From positions 186,001 through 250,000 of the forward strand of contig MU008172.1 of the NCBI GenBank assembly GCA_010909165.1: DNA of 64,000 bases. The letters run 5' to 3'. The stretch comes from Anthoceros angustus. Lineage: Eukaryota > Plantae > Anthocerotophyta. The notes below the pieces were generated by a model. That model was given only the letters and a program-made list of their open reading frames with translations, did not search any database and was not told the DNA's origin. Each line of letters opens with the position of its first letter. The stretch's first letter is position 1. Positions 9,592-21,599 of the stretch are shown here, one piece after another. A program made the position numbers and the translations under genes.

Positions 9592-10269
9592 ATGGCGAGA
9601 AGCGGGAGCAATTTGATTACATTGAGCGTGGCGTTGGCTGCTCTGCTCGTGTTTGCAGCTCCCATGCTAAGTCTGGCGGCCGACGAGGACCCTCTTCAGG
9701 ATTTCTGTGTGGCGCTCAACCCGCGGACCCCGAATCCTGTGGTGAACGGAAATGCTTGTAAGCCCGTGGCGGCCACCACGGCTCAGGACTTCAAGTTTTC
9801 TGGCCTCAACACGGCCGCCGAGGCACAGGCTGCCAAGCTGCTTGCCGTGGTCACTCCCGCTTTCGTGGCCCAGTTTCCGGGCCTCAACACGCTGGGCCTG
9901 GGCGCGGCCAGGATCGACTTCGCCAAGGCCGGGCTCAACCCTCCTCACGCTCACCCGCGGGCCTCCGAGATCTTCTTCCTGGTGGAAGGCACTCTCACGG
10001 TTGGCTTCGTCTCCTCCAACGCCAACACCCTCTTTCGGCAGACCATGAACAAGGGCGACCTGTTCGTGTTTCCCAGGGGCCTCTTGCATTTTCAGAAGAA
10101 TGTGGGTAACGGGCCTGCCTGGGGAATTGCTTTCCTCAACAGCCAGAATGCAGGGACGCAGCAGGCAGCCAAGGCCTTGTTCGCCTCTGGCTTGTCGTCC
10201 CATGTGCTGCAGCAGACGTTTGGTATCAACCAGAAGAAAGTGATGCTACTCCAGAAGCAGCAGCAGTAG
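9592..10269 (+). CDS. Germin-like protein (cupin, secreted), 225 aa, intronless
   Basis: Signal peptide, then ADEDPLQDFCVA and NGNACKP. Germin box 1 GLNPPHAHPRASEI and box 2 GDLFVFPRGLLHFQKNVG; all Mn ligands (H, H, E, H) are present. Confidence 0.97.
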   Translation: MARSGSNLITLSVALAALLVFAAPMLSLAADEDPLQDFCVALNPRTPNPVVNGNACKPVAATTAQDFKFSGLNTAAEAQAAKLLAVVTPAFVAQFPGLNTLGLGAARIDFAKAGLNPPHAHPRASEIFFLVEGTLTVGFVSSNANTLFRQTMNKGDLFVFPRGLLHFQKNVGNGPAWGIAFLNSQNAGTQQAAKALFASGLSSHVLQQTFGINQKKVMLLQKQQQ

Positions 10270-10425
10270 AGTGGACGGCCCTCATTCCTAGGAGAGCATG
10301 CCCGATTTTTGATGAAAGCTATGCTGTTGAATCCTCCCCATCATTTTCTTCTAAGAGTGGACGGCTCTCACTCCTAGGAGAGCATGCCCAAGTGAGGATG
10401 AATCCTCCCTATCATTTCCTTCTAA
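10270..10425. repeat. Imperfect tandem duplication (about 85 bp) in the germin-like 3' region
   Basis: gagtggacgg.c.ctca.tcctaggagagcatgccc...gaatcctccc.atcattt.cttctaag occurs twice. Confidence 0.8.
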
Positions 10426-11656
10426 GTAGTTATGATCGAGACCAGCCATCGACTGCATTGTGATTGCATGATGATCCTCTGTCAATACCGGAGGAGCAGC
10501 AACTGGTCGGTGCAGGCTGCTGGAAGCATGGACTCCTTTCTGTTGACTGATGTATCAATCAGCAGTCCGATGCTGGTTCGGATGTTATTACATCCAGTAT
10601 TATAGTATTCTGGTTCCTCGCCTCAATGCTATCGTAGCTGAAAGCTGATCGTTGAAAGTGGACATCCCCCCCTCACCCCACCCCCCTGCATTTAGTCTCT
10701 CCATCGGTACCGCTGGAAGCTGCTTGCTCTACATCTAGCTTGTGGCCTTCATGTTTTCTGAATGTCTGATTTGCTTGCGACTTTTAGGGATCCTGTGCTC
10801 ACGTGGAGACGGACGCCTTTTGACCATCTATGCATCGTACTACAAGCTGAAAAACGACCATGACTGCAGCAGCTGCGGTTTACCGGAGCTGGAACAAGAC
10901 TCTGACTGTCCATGCTCCCCTGCTCGCGCATCTTTCGCTCCACGTTCTCACATGATCAAACACTGGTACACCAGCGTCCATTGGACGCCAACGTGACATG
11001 GATGCAGTGAAGCTGTGAGCCATATCTTGAGTGAAGCTGATGATGCATAGGACTTCACACGACATGCTTCACGAGGCCTGCACCTGAGTTCAAGATGCCT
11101 AGATGTACATGGTTATCAGAATTTGCAGCAATGGAGAGTCTTAATTGCCACAGGGAATAACAGGCTACTTTCAATGAAATGCTTTCTGGACAGACAGAGA
11201 GGAAACGCAAGGAAAATTTTTGGATACGTCAGTAGGATGTTATGATGATCAGCCATCACCAACTACACAAAGGCAGTACTGAGAGCAGCAGTTGCAAGCT
11301 ACATTCTAGCACAAACCTGAACTCTTGCACAAAAGGGGGCCAGAGGGGCTGGGCAAGAGCCTGAAGGTGTGCGCGAAGGACACCAAGCGGCCTCCAAGAC
11401 TTGGACGGTTGCAGAACTCGAAACTGTAGGGCACTGTCATCTTTGTCAGCCAGATCACCTACATACGTCCTACATACGTATGTAGACGCAATGGGCACCG
11501 AAGCCACGGGCCTTCTAAGTATGTTCATATGTGAAACGCGTTTGGATCCGTTAAAGTTAAAACACAAAACATATAAAGCAGCAGCTAAACGAATTTGGTG
11601 AAGGAGCTCTCTAGGTTTTGAGTTGCTTTGGCAGTAATCTTTGGTGTGCCTTGACG

Positions 11657-12613
11657 ATGGCGGGAGGGATTGCTCGAGGGCGCCTGGCGGAGGAGCGGAA
11701 GGCATGGCGCAAGGACCATCCGCATGTGAGGCAGACTTCTGGTCCTTTAAGCTCTCTCTCTGCGCTCTTCTCAGGCCGACGCCTTGCTGGATTCTGTGAG
11801 CCACTGTTTGAAGAATCGTGGCAAGATAGTTTCCCAGGCTGGCAACCGGAGTGCTACAGCCTACGGAGAGGACTTCGGTTGCAATGTGCAGGGTTTCGTC
11901 GCCAGACCAGAGACATTGGCAGAAGGAACACCGAACATGATGGTGTGGCAGTGCTACATTCCAGGCAAAGCTGGGGTAAGCCCCGTGTTGGAACCAGGCG
12001 CAACGCAAAGCGCAGGCTGATGGCGGATTGACGCAAGCTGCTTTGTATGCTGTGGATTGATTTTGTGGGTGACGCTCCGCAGACTGACTGGGAAGGTGGG
12101 TTTTATCCCCTAAAGATTCACTTCAGCGAGGACTACCCAAGTAAGCCACCCAAGTGCAAGTTCCCCGAGGCCTTCTTCCACCCGAACGTGTACCCTTCAG
12201 GCACCGTGTGCCTGTCAATATTGAACGAGGATTCGGTGAGCCCCATGATCGCTGCATTCCCCAGATTGTGACGCCTCCATTTGTTATCTGAGCAATTCAG
12301 CTTTTTTCTGTAGGGATGGAGACCGGCAATCACTGTGAAGCAGATTCTGCTGGGAATCCAAGAGCTTCTGGATTCCCCTAATTCCTTGGACCCTGCTCAG
12401 TCTGCGGCCTATCAGATTTTTACTCAGGTACGCAGATCTTGGAAAGCTAGGTCTAGTAACCTTGACCACTCACCTGCAGGTGGATGTGGAGATGATTGGC
12501 GGTGCAATGCTCTGACTGTGTGTGTTGTCCCTGCTATTGTGTAATGGCAGGAACCAGCAGAGTATAAGAGACGGGTGAAGCAGCAAGCCAGGAACTACCC
12601 CAATCTCTTGTGA
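11657..12613 (+). CDS. SCE1: SUMO-conjugating enzyme E2 (SCE1/UBC9), 160 aa; exons 11657-11725, 11892-11975, 12083-12235, 12314-12427, 12551-12613
   Basis: Spliced translation [30 protein letters not shown]...[15 protein letters not shown]...[40 protein letters not shown].../[20 protein letters not shown]. Four GT-AG phase-0 introns (166, 107, 78, 123 bp). Catalytic Cys present. Confidence 0.97.
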
Positions 12614-13513
12614 CCATGTCTCTCCATTGCAGTACTACCTCTCCTGGAAAACAGAAGAACCACCGAGAGAGAGATAGCATCAGGCTGCTCTGCGAAAGCA
12701 AAGCGGACTTCAGGAACCGTCTCCACCTTAGACTTCGCAGTTTGAGCTTTCTTAAGGGGAAGAGGAATCTGTTTTTTTCTTTTTGGTTGTTGGCTAACAG
12801 AATTTGTTCTCTTGCAAATTGCATGGGCTAGTAGGAGGCCGATTACTCCTCTGTGTACAATAGCAAGTCAGCTGCAGAAAGTGGCAATTAATTTTAACCC
12901 GCATTCTAATGTTACTCCTGTGTCAAACATCCGGCAATCCTGCCCCCGTGGTAATGTGTGGCAGAGTGCAATGCGCTTTCTGTAGATAAGGACAAACAAT
13001 GTCTCAATGTGGGTTGGTAGGTAGACTAGGTATTTTGGGTTGCGTGTCGATTTTAGAGTTGGATCCAGGCGCGCGGGGCAGGAATGCACAGCAGCAGATC
13101 CGGAAATGGCAAATGGCACTCCCGGGTACGCAACGGTAACGTATGCAGGCGGGATTTGAAATGAGGAAAGTTGCGTATAAGAAGGGCAGATTTAGGCAAG
13201 GGACTAGTTCACAGCTGGCTAACTACACCACTGGCGGGAGTTAGCGGTTCTTCTCCAGGCTGCTGCTCGCCAGACTTCTCGGTGTGGCGCGAGCGCCTGC
13301 TGGCACGGCCTGTCTTGCTGGAGCCCATTTGTTATGACGCCGGCTTGATCTTTGCTGGAGGAGGCAGGGTTGGCGGGCGCGGGAGTCCGCTGATGCATCT
13401 GCCAGGCAGCCGCGGGAGTCCGATCAGGCGACGCAGCAGCAGCAGCGGCCGCACCGCGGCAAGATTGGTGCGTTGCAGCCGCTGCCCTGGGCTGTGCACG
13501 TGAATTGGGCGCA

Positions 13514-14396
13514 ATGGCTCAGACCCTGCCTGTGAACAACCCGCTGGAGCAGCTGTCGGCCATGTCCCAGGCGGTGTGGCAGAAGACGCAGCTGTCGGCC
13601 GTGTCGCAGGCGGTGTGGCAGAAGACGATGGAGGTGATGCAGGTGCTGGACAAGGGCAGGGCGGTGGCGCTGGCTGCATCCGCCTCCGGCTCCGCTTTGG
13701 GCTCCATGTCCGTGGCGGCCCAGAAGGCGCAGGTGTGCGCGCCGCCGCACGACGCCAAGATCGATGACCTGTCCGTGGCGGGGGACGCGGCCGGAGCCGG
13801 GGCTGGCAATGCGGTGCCCATGGCGGGCAGAGCGGGGAAGAGCAGCAAGCCCAGGCCCACTTGGGTCAAAGAGCCGTCGCAGAATGCCCTAGCCATAGCG
13901 CAGGAGGTTGCGGGGAACGCTCAGGTTTGCTGGTCCGGCTTCATCCGTCCGGTGGACAAGGTGTGGGAGATCAGCTCGGGATTCGGGCCTCGATGGGGCA
14001 GGCACCACAACGGTGTCGACCTGGCCGCCCCCACCGGCGAGCCGGTTCTTGCTGCGGATGCGGGGGAAGTCACGTTTGCCGGCTGGGAACCTAGCGGCTA
14101 TGGCTACCTTGTGGAGGTGAGATGCCATGTAGAATGCATGTTTAGGTTTCCCTACTTAATGGCAGGATCTTGTCTCTGACCCTGGGATTTGCTCTCAGAT
14201 CACACACAGCGATGGCTGGAAAACTCTGTATGCCCACAACAGCGAGATCTTTACATGGGAAGGGCAGCAAGTGAAGCGAGGAGACTGCATCTCCTGTGTG
14301 GGAGAGACTGGCAGAGCTACAGGTCCCCATTTGCATTGGGAGATCAGGAATCAGCACGGTTGTCCAGTAGACCCTTCTTGCTACGTTGCCTTGTAG
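13514..14396 (+). CDS. Peptidase M23 family zinc metallopeptidase (NlpD/DipM-like catalytic domain); exons 13514-14116 and 14199-14396; 5' end uncertain
   Basis: ISSGFGPRWGRHHNGVDLAAPTGEPVLAA..G.V.FAGW..SGYGYLVE/ITHSDGWKTLYAHNSE...VKRGD.I..VGETGRATGPHLHWEIR...PVDP. HxxxD and HxH ligands intact; 82-bp GT-AG phase-0 intron. Confidence 0.95.
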
Positions 14397-15369
14397 TAGA
14401 TCTAGCACATCTCTTACAGAATTCTTCTTGCCCTAACGCTTTTCACTCTTAGCAGCAACACCAGTATGTCAACGAGCCATGGTTGAGGTGGGGATGCTTT
14501 GCTGCATTCAGTAGGCTGCTTGAGGAAGGAAATTCTTCGCAGACCTTCTCCTGCTCCGGTCTCTGCTGTTCCTGTTTCCTTGTGCTATAGTCCCTATACA
14601 ATGCCAAATCCTGATGCCTCTTCAGGCTGTGCTTCAGATTTTGATTCTCGGAGACATCCCGGACAAGTTAGCATTGTTGGTTGAAGCTTTGACAGCGTCA
14701 TGATGTCCTGGGCTGCCAAATGTATGACGGCTGTCCATTCCGGCCATAGAGGGAGGCTGGAGCCACGTCCGTCATTGCTCCACGTTGGGCATTGACAAAA
14801 CCGTCACTCTCGGTGTAATCCAGCCCACCCCGGTAGGCCCACAAGGCAAACTGCTCAAGTGCTGGTCGGACGTGGCCCACGAAATCCCCATGCCCTTGAC
14901 TTCTGAAATGTCGGTTTCCAAACATTCAGCCTGCTGGTGCACCTTGCTTTTCTTTGTCTGTATCACTGGCATCTCTAGCTATAGCCTAGCTTCACATAGG
15001 AGAGCTTCTTAACCTAAATACACATGCAACGGCTGTGTTATTGATAGTTTACATATTCACAAAGGTAATACTAAAAAGATTGCTATGCGTTCTTATATAC
15101 CTGTATAAAACGATTTGGGAGAGACTTCCTAAAACCTTACCCAAAGTCATCAAACAGTGTTAAGACAAGATCACAAACACAGAAGGTATGTGCGCAACAA
15201 TTTTACTCCAGTGATGAACTTCCTCATTACCGTCGGCATGCTGAGTTGAGAAGCATGATTCATACATGGAAACTGGAAAACTATCGTGCCACTTCTGTGT
15301 GCAACCATGAGTTACTCTGTTCATGGAGACTCTTCACAAGGTGGGCTTGATGGCCTTGGCGGCACTCCG

Positions 15370-15665
15370 AAGGAACCGACCCGGATCAGGCTGGACCGGA
15401 TGACCGCCCACGCACGGCCGACTGGATGATCGCCGGACCACCGGACCGGCGATCCGAGGGACCGGCTAGACGGAGGACGGCCGAAGGATCAGACCGCATC
15501 GGGCCGATGGGACTGGCGTCTGGTGACCCACCTGTGGCTCGGCTAGACCGGATGACCAGGGCCGGCCGCCGTGAGGCTGAGGGACCGCCTAGACTGGCGG
15601 AAGGTCGAGGGACCAGCTGCACGGACGGACCGTCGACGGCCTGGCCCGTCGACCCAGTCCGTGAG
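15370..15665. repeat. GC-rich cluster of short imperfect repeats (gaccggatgacc / ggctagac), probably part of an LTR-retrotransposon remnant
   Basis: The motif recurs several times and is followed by an AT-rich TATA-containing stretch. No paired LTR found. Confidence 0.4.
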
Positions 15666-16140
15666 CTTTATTTCCCTCGATATCTCTTTTGTGCAAAATT
15701 GCGCAGAGTTGTCTCTTGGATTGTCTGATGTCTATATAAACATTTATATGGAGTTAGAGGGTAATGATCAATATGGGATAGGGCTAAGTAATAGGAGAGT
15801 ATTTCATGAAAAGGGGTAAATGGGGGAGTATTTCTAGAAAAAGGCTAAAGATGACTCTTCTCGAAGGCTATAAAGAGGTTGAAAGAGCTTGAATATGATG
15901 CAGATCGAGTTCGTGCCATACAAGTACATGCTTGTAATATAAACATGAGTGACAAGGAGCACATTAAGAGTATGATGATACGTTTACATGAATTGACCCA
16001 CACAGATTTCTCCTTTTAGTCCCATGGGACGTAGAAGCTTGATTACATTGGAATACTAGGAACCTTACCACTGTTGTTCGAATCAGAAAATACAAGATGT
16101 GCTAACTTAGTTGCCCAAATTGTCTGCAGCAATCTTCCCT

Positions 16141-16446
16141 TGTGTAGCGCTGGGCTAGCTACAATTAAATATTAAATTAAGCTTTCACTAAAGAGCAGCC
16201 GCAGCGTCGAACATCATTTCTTTCCTTCCAGCGCATTTGCACAGAACATCACACCAACGAACGCTCACGTTAACGCTAACGTTGGTGAGTGATCATCGCA
16301 GAGAGAAATGAGAACGAAACATTTTTTTTTACATGATAAAAGGCATTCACTCCATGCTCCTCAAATTCCAAACATCGATCGTCACACTGACCAGTCTGGA
16401 ATCACGTGGTACCATGTCGCTTACCATGTCTTTCGAAACCAACTTG
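16141..16446 (-). mobile_element. 3' LTR (16141-16321) plus adjacent internal end of a Gypsy element, cut off by a TIR-element insertion
   Basis: Near-identical to 39010-39290. TG...CA ends. Homology stops exactly at aaccaacttg|AACAGCGTCTG, whereas the 39-kb copy continues aaccaacttg|caaatc. Confidence 0.8.
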
Positions 16447-19400
16447 AACAGCGTCTGGGTAGAAAGGGGTTTCTCCAGTAACCCCTTCTTGCACATGTCT
16501 AAGGATGGACCCCTTTTTGCGCCATGCAAAATCCGAACACAAATCGGCTATTATGTAGCAAACCCTCGTGTTTTCCTATAACGAAGAAGCATGGACACAT
16601 AATGTGTGTTATTGAAATGTACAGCAATAATGACAAGATGAAACCATAGTCCACCTTGTGGACTTGTGTATATCGTGAAAAAATATTATTCGGCAAACAT
16701 GTGCGCGCCCGCCCTACCGCCAATGCCTAATTTATGTTCACATTCTCAATCAGTTACTCCTCAAACGCTTGTGTTTCGATCTCGGGACAATAATGTCATC
16801 GTTGATAGACTGTAGGCGAGGATCGTGAACCGCAAGATTTTGATCTGATGGGTTTGCCCCTATAAATCCGCCCATGCCAAACGTCTGTAAATGCTGAATA
16901 TCCCAAGTGGGATCCTTCACCGCTGGGGCTGTTTCTTGCTCATCGACACGCTTCTTCGGTGTTTCTGATTCTTTCGTTGTTGCTTTCTCCTTTTTCTTCT
17001 GTGGTCCCTGGGATTGACTCAAATCCTGAAGATCGATGGGAGCGGAAGTGCCATGAGTTAAATGAAGAAACGACGCTCTCGACTTGATAGACCTTCCGCC
17101 TGCTAACTCCTTTGCGAAAAAAACCGGATGCCCTCGCCTATGTGGCTTGGCCAATGCATGCGATTTAACCGGCGGTGTTCTGTGGAATGCCTCCGGGAGA
17201 GGCTGGCGAACGGATTATGCTCTCGGCACTAGAGAAAGTAATTCAGGGAGAGTTAAGCGTGAGCGGCATGAAGACGTGGATCATAAAGGCAAAAGTTAAA
17301 TGTGATACAAAGCTGCTCTGTTTACGGTGTACGTCATTTGCAGAGGTTGAGAGAGTACCCACAACGACGGCGGATGATATCGCAAAGTTTCAACCGGTTT
17401 TCACCACATCGTAAGTTATTCTCTATCGCACTATGGATTAGTGCGCGCACTTGTTTGCGCATCCCCATCATTGTCAAATTTCACAATGCTTTTTGGTACT
17501 GCACTTTGAAGCAAGAGAGTACAAAGAAAAGTCATTCCAGATAGCTTCAAAGAGCATATCAACGCAAAGAAGGAACCGGAAGAGGGTGGAAGACCTTCGA
17601 GAGAATTAGCGTGAGGAGGACAATGATGCTAAACTATCCACGCCCAAGTCCCAAAAGCAAACAGAAGTCGTACCAAGTAATTATCGGTGATATTCAGAAA
17701 TGGCGGCTATCTTGGAAAGCGGAATACAAACCGCTGGTTGTTGATTTGCCAAGAGGGAATGTGTCGTAATCGGATCGAGATGACATCCAAGATTATGAAA
17801 AAATCATGGATGGGTTCATGATCAACGGTCCGCAAAACCTTCGAGTGGTATTCATGCATGGTCCGAGATCGGCGTGACGCTCGAATGCGCCAAATGGTGC
17901 TGGGGGTGTTTATACCATGGTGTGGGAGAAAGATAATTTAATTGCACGGAGGACATGCTAGCTGTGGGGCTGGAGGCGGGCTTCGCAGCGGGGCCACTAA
18001 GTCCGGAAGCCTGGCTCAAGGCTTCAACAACAAAATCGGAGGCCATGGAGAGAAGGGGAGAAGGGTGGGAAGAGGGTGGCTCTATTCCTTCGCCATACTG
18101 ACCGAGGAGACAGTTTACATTCGACGCCTGGAGCTGATGGATCGATGAAGGTCTTGGACAAGGATTGATGGTTGTTCAGATCCGCAACTAAGACGAGCAT
18201 GTTTTGACGCTATACAAGCCGTGGATTATGGGTTACAAGGATGCACCGCCAAATCAACGGGGCAGTGGTGGTGGGCAACATTGACATGTCTAATGGGGAT
18301 CCTGTAGTACGCTTGCTCGCATTACAAGGCCCCAAGAATTTGATGCGGTGCCATGTGGTCCCGAGCTATACAGAGCGCTCGAGATCGTTCAACAATCTTG
18401 TGATCAAGAAGTGCGAACCGCGCTTTTGCTTGTTCGGAATGTAGGCGGAGCAATCGTATTCGCAACTCGATCCAATTTCCGCTTCCAATGTTTATGCTTC
18501 GACCGCTTGTCTCTAACACTGAGCATTGTTCATTGCGCAGGGCTCTGTGATGGGGAATGCGTTCATCAGGACGTTGTGTGCGGAAATCACACAAACAGTC
18601 GTTCAGCAAAGGAGGGTCATGGCGCTGTGGCGCGCAAGAGCCGAGGTGCGTGACGAGGAGGAAGAGAAGGACAGCGACAACGAGGAGGGCACCGAATTTG
18701 GCCCCGAGGATGAAGACTATGGCCCAATGCCTGATATCCTGGGACATTCGGATGAAGAAAATTCGGACGCACAACAGGACGACAGGGATGCGGGGGTTTT
18801 CATGCCTTATGAAACCCCCCGGGGGTTGCAGCATCAGCTGGAGGTGGTAGAGGGGCGCCGCCGGGCCAGAGCCGGTCGAGGTCAGCAGTTCTTGGAAGCC
18901 GGAGGAACCGGCGCTGCCGCCGGCCTCACACCCAGGAGCAGCCTCAGGCACCACCGCATGAGGCGGAGGAGAGGGCGCCGCCGGCCGCGCCCGCTATGAC
19001 TAAACAGAGGGCTGCGAGAGAGGAGGAAGGGCCTAAGGGGAAAGGCGGATCTGCCAAGGAGATCGGAGCAGAGGAAGGACGAGAGGACCATCCTAAAGCA
19101 AAAGCAAAGAGGAAAGGCAACAACCGCAGAGGGTGGAAAATGTGGTGACATTCCCACTATTCATGTGACAGTATCAGAGAGGATTGCGGAAGCTATCCGG
19201 ATGAAGACCCTTGACACGGGTCGAGAAGCAAGATATGCAAAGAAGGTAGTATTGGAAACAAAGTTGGTGAAATTGGAGAACCTTCGCAAGATCGCACCGA
19301 CCGATGCATGATACGGAGGGTGGATGAAGCATGGGCCAATTATTTGGCGTGTTATATCGAAGGGAGGATTGAAGAGGGCGTTTTGCCTTTATTATGTATG

Positions 19401-21561
19401 ATTGATCCTGGAGTGTGATGACATGGAAAAACTAGATCGTAGATTCGGCCAAAAATATGTCATGGGAGTCCTTGGAGGAAACCACACTTATGCGGCAATG
19501 AAGCATCTTGCGACATCTCCGCAAAAGCGGTTTCGATGTGGAGGCTCATGTGTACTGTGGTCTCAATGTAGAGATGCGAGTCCTCGCCCGAGACCATGTA
19601 CGATGTCGACAAGCGCGGAAGATGAATTTTATAGAGCGGTGAGGTATTTGCGTGATGAATTGATTATTGCGAAACGGGATGCTGTGCGAGATGACCATGA
19701 CATGGAAATTCAACTTGTATAAGGTGTTGGGGCTTATTGAGGATGATGAAGCCAAGATGATGTTTATAAACAGAACAAGGTTGACAACAGGACCCACATT
19801 TTATGCATCGCGAAACAAGAGGGTAGGGTATGGGAAAATGTAGACAAGATATTTACGAAGTGGGAAGCAGGGGAGTTGCCAGAGCAAAAGAAGCATGTGA
19901 TAGCAGGGACAAGCAAGAAGAGCAAGGTGAAGCGGAAAGTGACCGACGAGGCTAACAAAATAGACACTGTCTATGTGAAGCCAAAAGATATGCTTGCAAA
20001 GCCTTGGAAATCATTTCAAAAGTTCAGTGAGTGTGGCAGCAGATACTTATCACCGCAAGAGAAAGTGCGGTGTCTCATTGACCGAAAGGAATGGATGACG
20101 ATATATCGCGGAAGAAATTCCATATTATTCAAGTGGCGATGGCCAAACACTTGGGTTGCTCTTCTTTGAAGAGGTTCGGCAGAGTATCCCCAAAGACTCA
20201 ATCGATGAAATGCTCGCGATTCCAAACGGCATTTCGGGGAAAGGTAAGCCATTTTCCTGCACCTTCATTCCATTTTCAATTCCGGGGGTGCCACCGCCCG
20301 CGCCCACATGTCCGAGCGATCGCTGGGGCGCGCCGGCCGCGCCTCCACCTTATTAGTTGTGAGGTGCTTGAGCCTGGCTTCGCATTCTAACAGGTTGTTT
20401 GGTTTTTGGCAGCAACTGAAGGACGTGGAGGTCTTGACAAAGCTGCCCGACGACTTCCGGCATTTCATTTTCGAGATCAATAATTGGAAGGGCTTAGAGA
20501 ATGAGCAGCGGGCTTTGGCGGACAAGGACTTGCAAGAAGGACTCCAGATATTCAATGTTCCGTCAACTGAGAAACAGGTCCAGTACCAGGTGGAAGCCCG
20601 CAACGTTCTGGACATGCGTGGGTTTTTGAGGGGAAGGAAATACACCCTTCTAGTCATGGATGTTCCTCGTGGATTTGACATCGGGCCAATGGACAAACGA
20701 ATGGATTTATCGATGATGGGTCTTGTGTTCCAAAGTTTCGGAGAAACGGAAAATGACGACTTCAATTATCGTCATGCATGGTGTTGAAGAAGCCCATACG
20801 GTAAGGGAGGCTATGCGAAGTGGTGTGCCAAAGGCGGCTTGGTGTCATTCATTTGGGATAAGACTAACATGAACAACGATGAGGAGGATTTGAGGCGTGG
20901 AATACGTTACGCTTGGATGGGGTGTGAAAGATGGATGTTCGAAGGACAGCCATGATGCCAAATGTGATGCACGGACCTTCAACAATGGAAGATCATTGTG
21001 GACACCCTCATGCGTCAAAAAGTTTACTGTCTCATGACAAGTTGGTAGTGTGCCCATACCGAGACCATTGGGTCTTATGATGAAACTCGTGAGGACATTC
21101 TCCAAGGAGGGAGACGGGTTATTGATGCATGCTCGTGGGACTACGACACTAGCTGCGCTGTTGCAGTGGCAATCAGATTGCAATAGAGGCGGACTTGAGA
21201 TGCGCAGTTACATTGCCCAACAGACACGCGTTGATGTCTTGCCCGATGCGACGAGAGCTGACTTTTGAGCCGCACCGAAGGGGACCATCTCAGTTCTGGG
21301 CAAAAGAGGTATGTATTAGCGAGAAAGACTGCTTGAAAGCCCAAGTCGTCGCATTGAGTGCGAAGAGGTTGAAGACGACAACCGGCGAACTTATGGAGGA
21401 TGGACAGCAGACTTTGGATGCTGTATGGCAGGCGACCCCGACAAACGACGACACCCAAAATGACATCAATGAAGACCAGGAGGCTTTGGGTGCGAATGAT
21501 AGCTTTGACGCACAGGAGATGGAGCGCATGCGGAATTTGGCACTTGTAGAAGATTCGGCCC
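16447..21561 (+). mobile_element. Left arm of a large AACAG-TIR DNA transposon carrying methyltransferase-like cargo; right end not found
   Basis: 16447-16478 matches the 32-bp TIR of the 5642-7296 element at 29/32 positions, and the subterminal motifs (aaccccttcttgcac, ggacccctttttgc, aaaatccg) are shared. Confidence 0.75.
17150..18250 (+). pseudogene. Frameshifted beta-class amino-methyltransferase-like gene, copy A (linker plus MTase)
   Basis: Linker LEKVIQGELSVSGMKTWIIKAK; motif-IV-like YKPLVVDLPRG (DLPRG at 17743-17757); YIRRLELM; motif-I-like IDGCS(G)S at about 18164-18185; QAVDY. Confidence 0.55.
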
Positions 21562-21599
21562 GGATGCAATGGTGGACTCTCAAACAATCCTCGCGATAG
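19250..21599 (+). pseudogene. Frameshifted ParB/Srx-like domain plus beta-class N4/N6 DNA methyltransferase-like gene, copy B
   Basis: IRRVDEAWANYL...LPLLCMIDP...YVMGVLGGNHTYAAMKHL (GGNH at 19474-19485). Linker VWENVDKIFTKW. YTLLVMDVPRGFD (20659-20673). RPLGLMMKLVRTFSKEGD(R)VIDACS..TTLAAL..GNQIAIEAD (about 21060-21200, read across two shifts). Confidence 0.75.

Noticed and set aside
13171-14396. Bacterial contamination suggested by M23, ParB and methylase domains
   Set aside because: The M23 gene has a canonical spliceosomal intron, neighbours are eukaryotic genes, and the cargo sits inside plant-type retroelement nests; a chimeric join within the TE block is not excluded.
16750-17154. Minus-strand Lys/Glu-rich ORF just inside the TIR as a defined gene
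   Set aside because: Protein-like composition but no recognisable motif; left unassigned.
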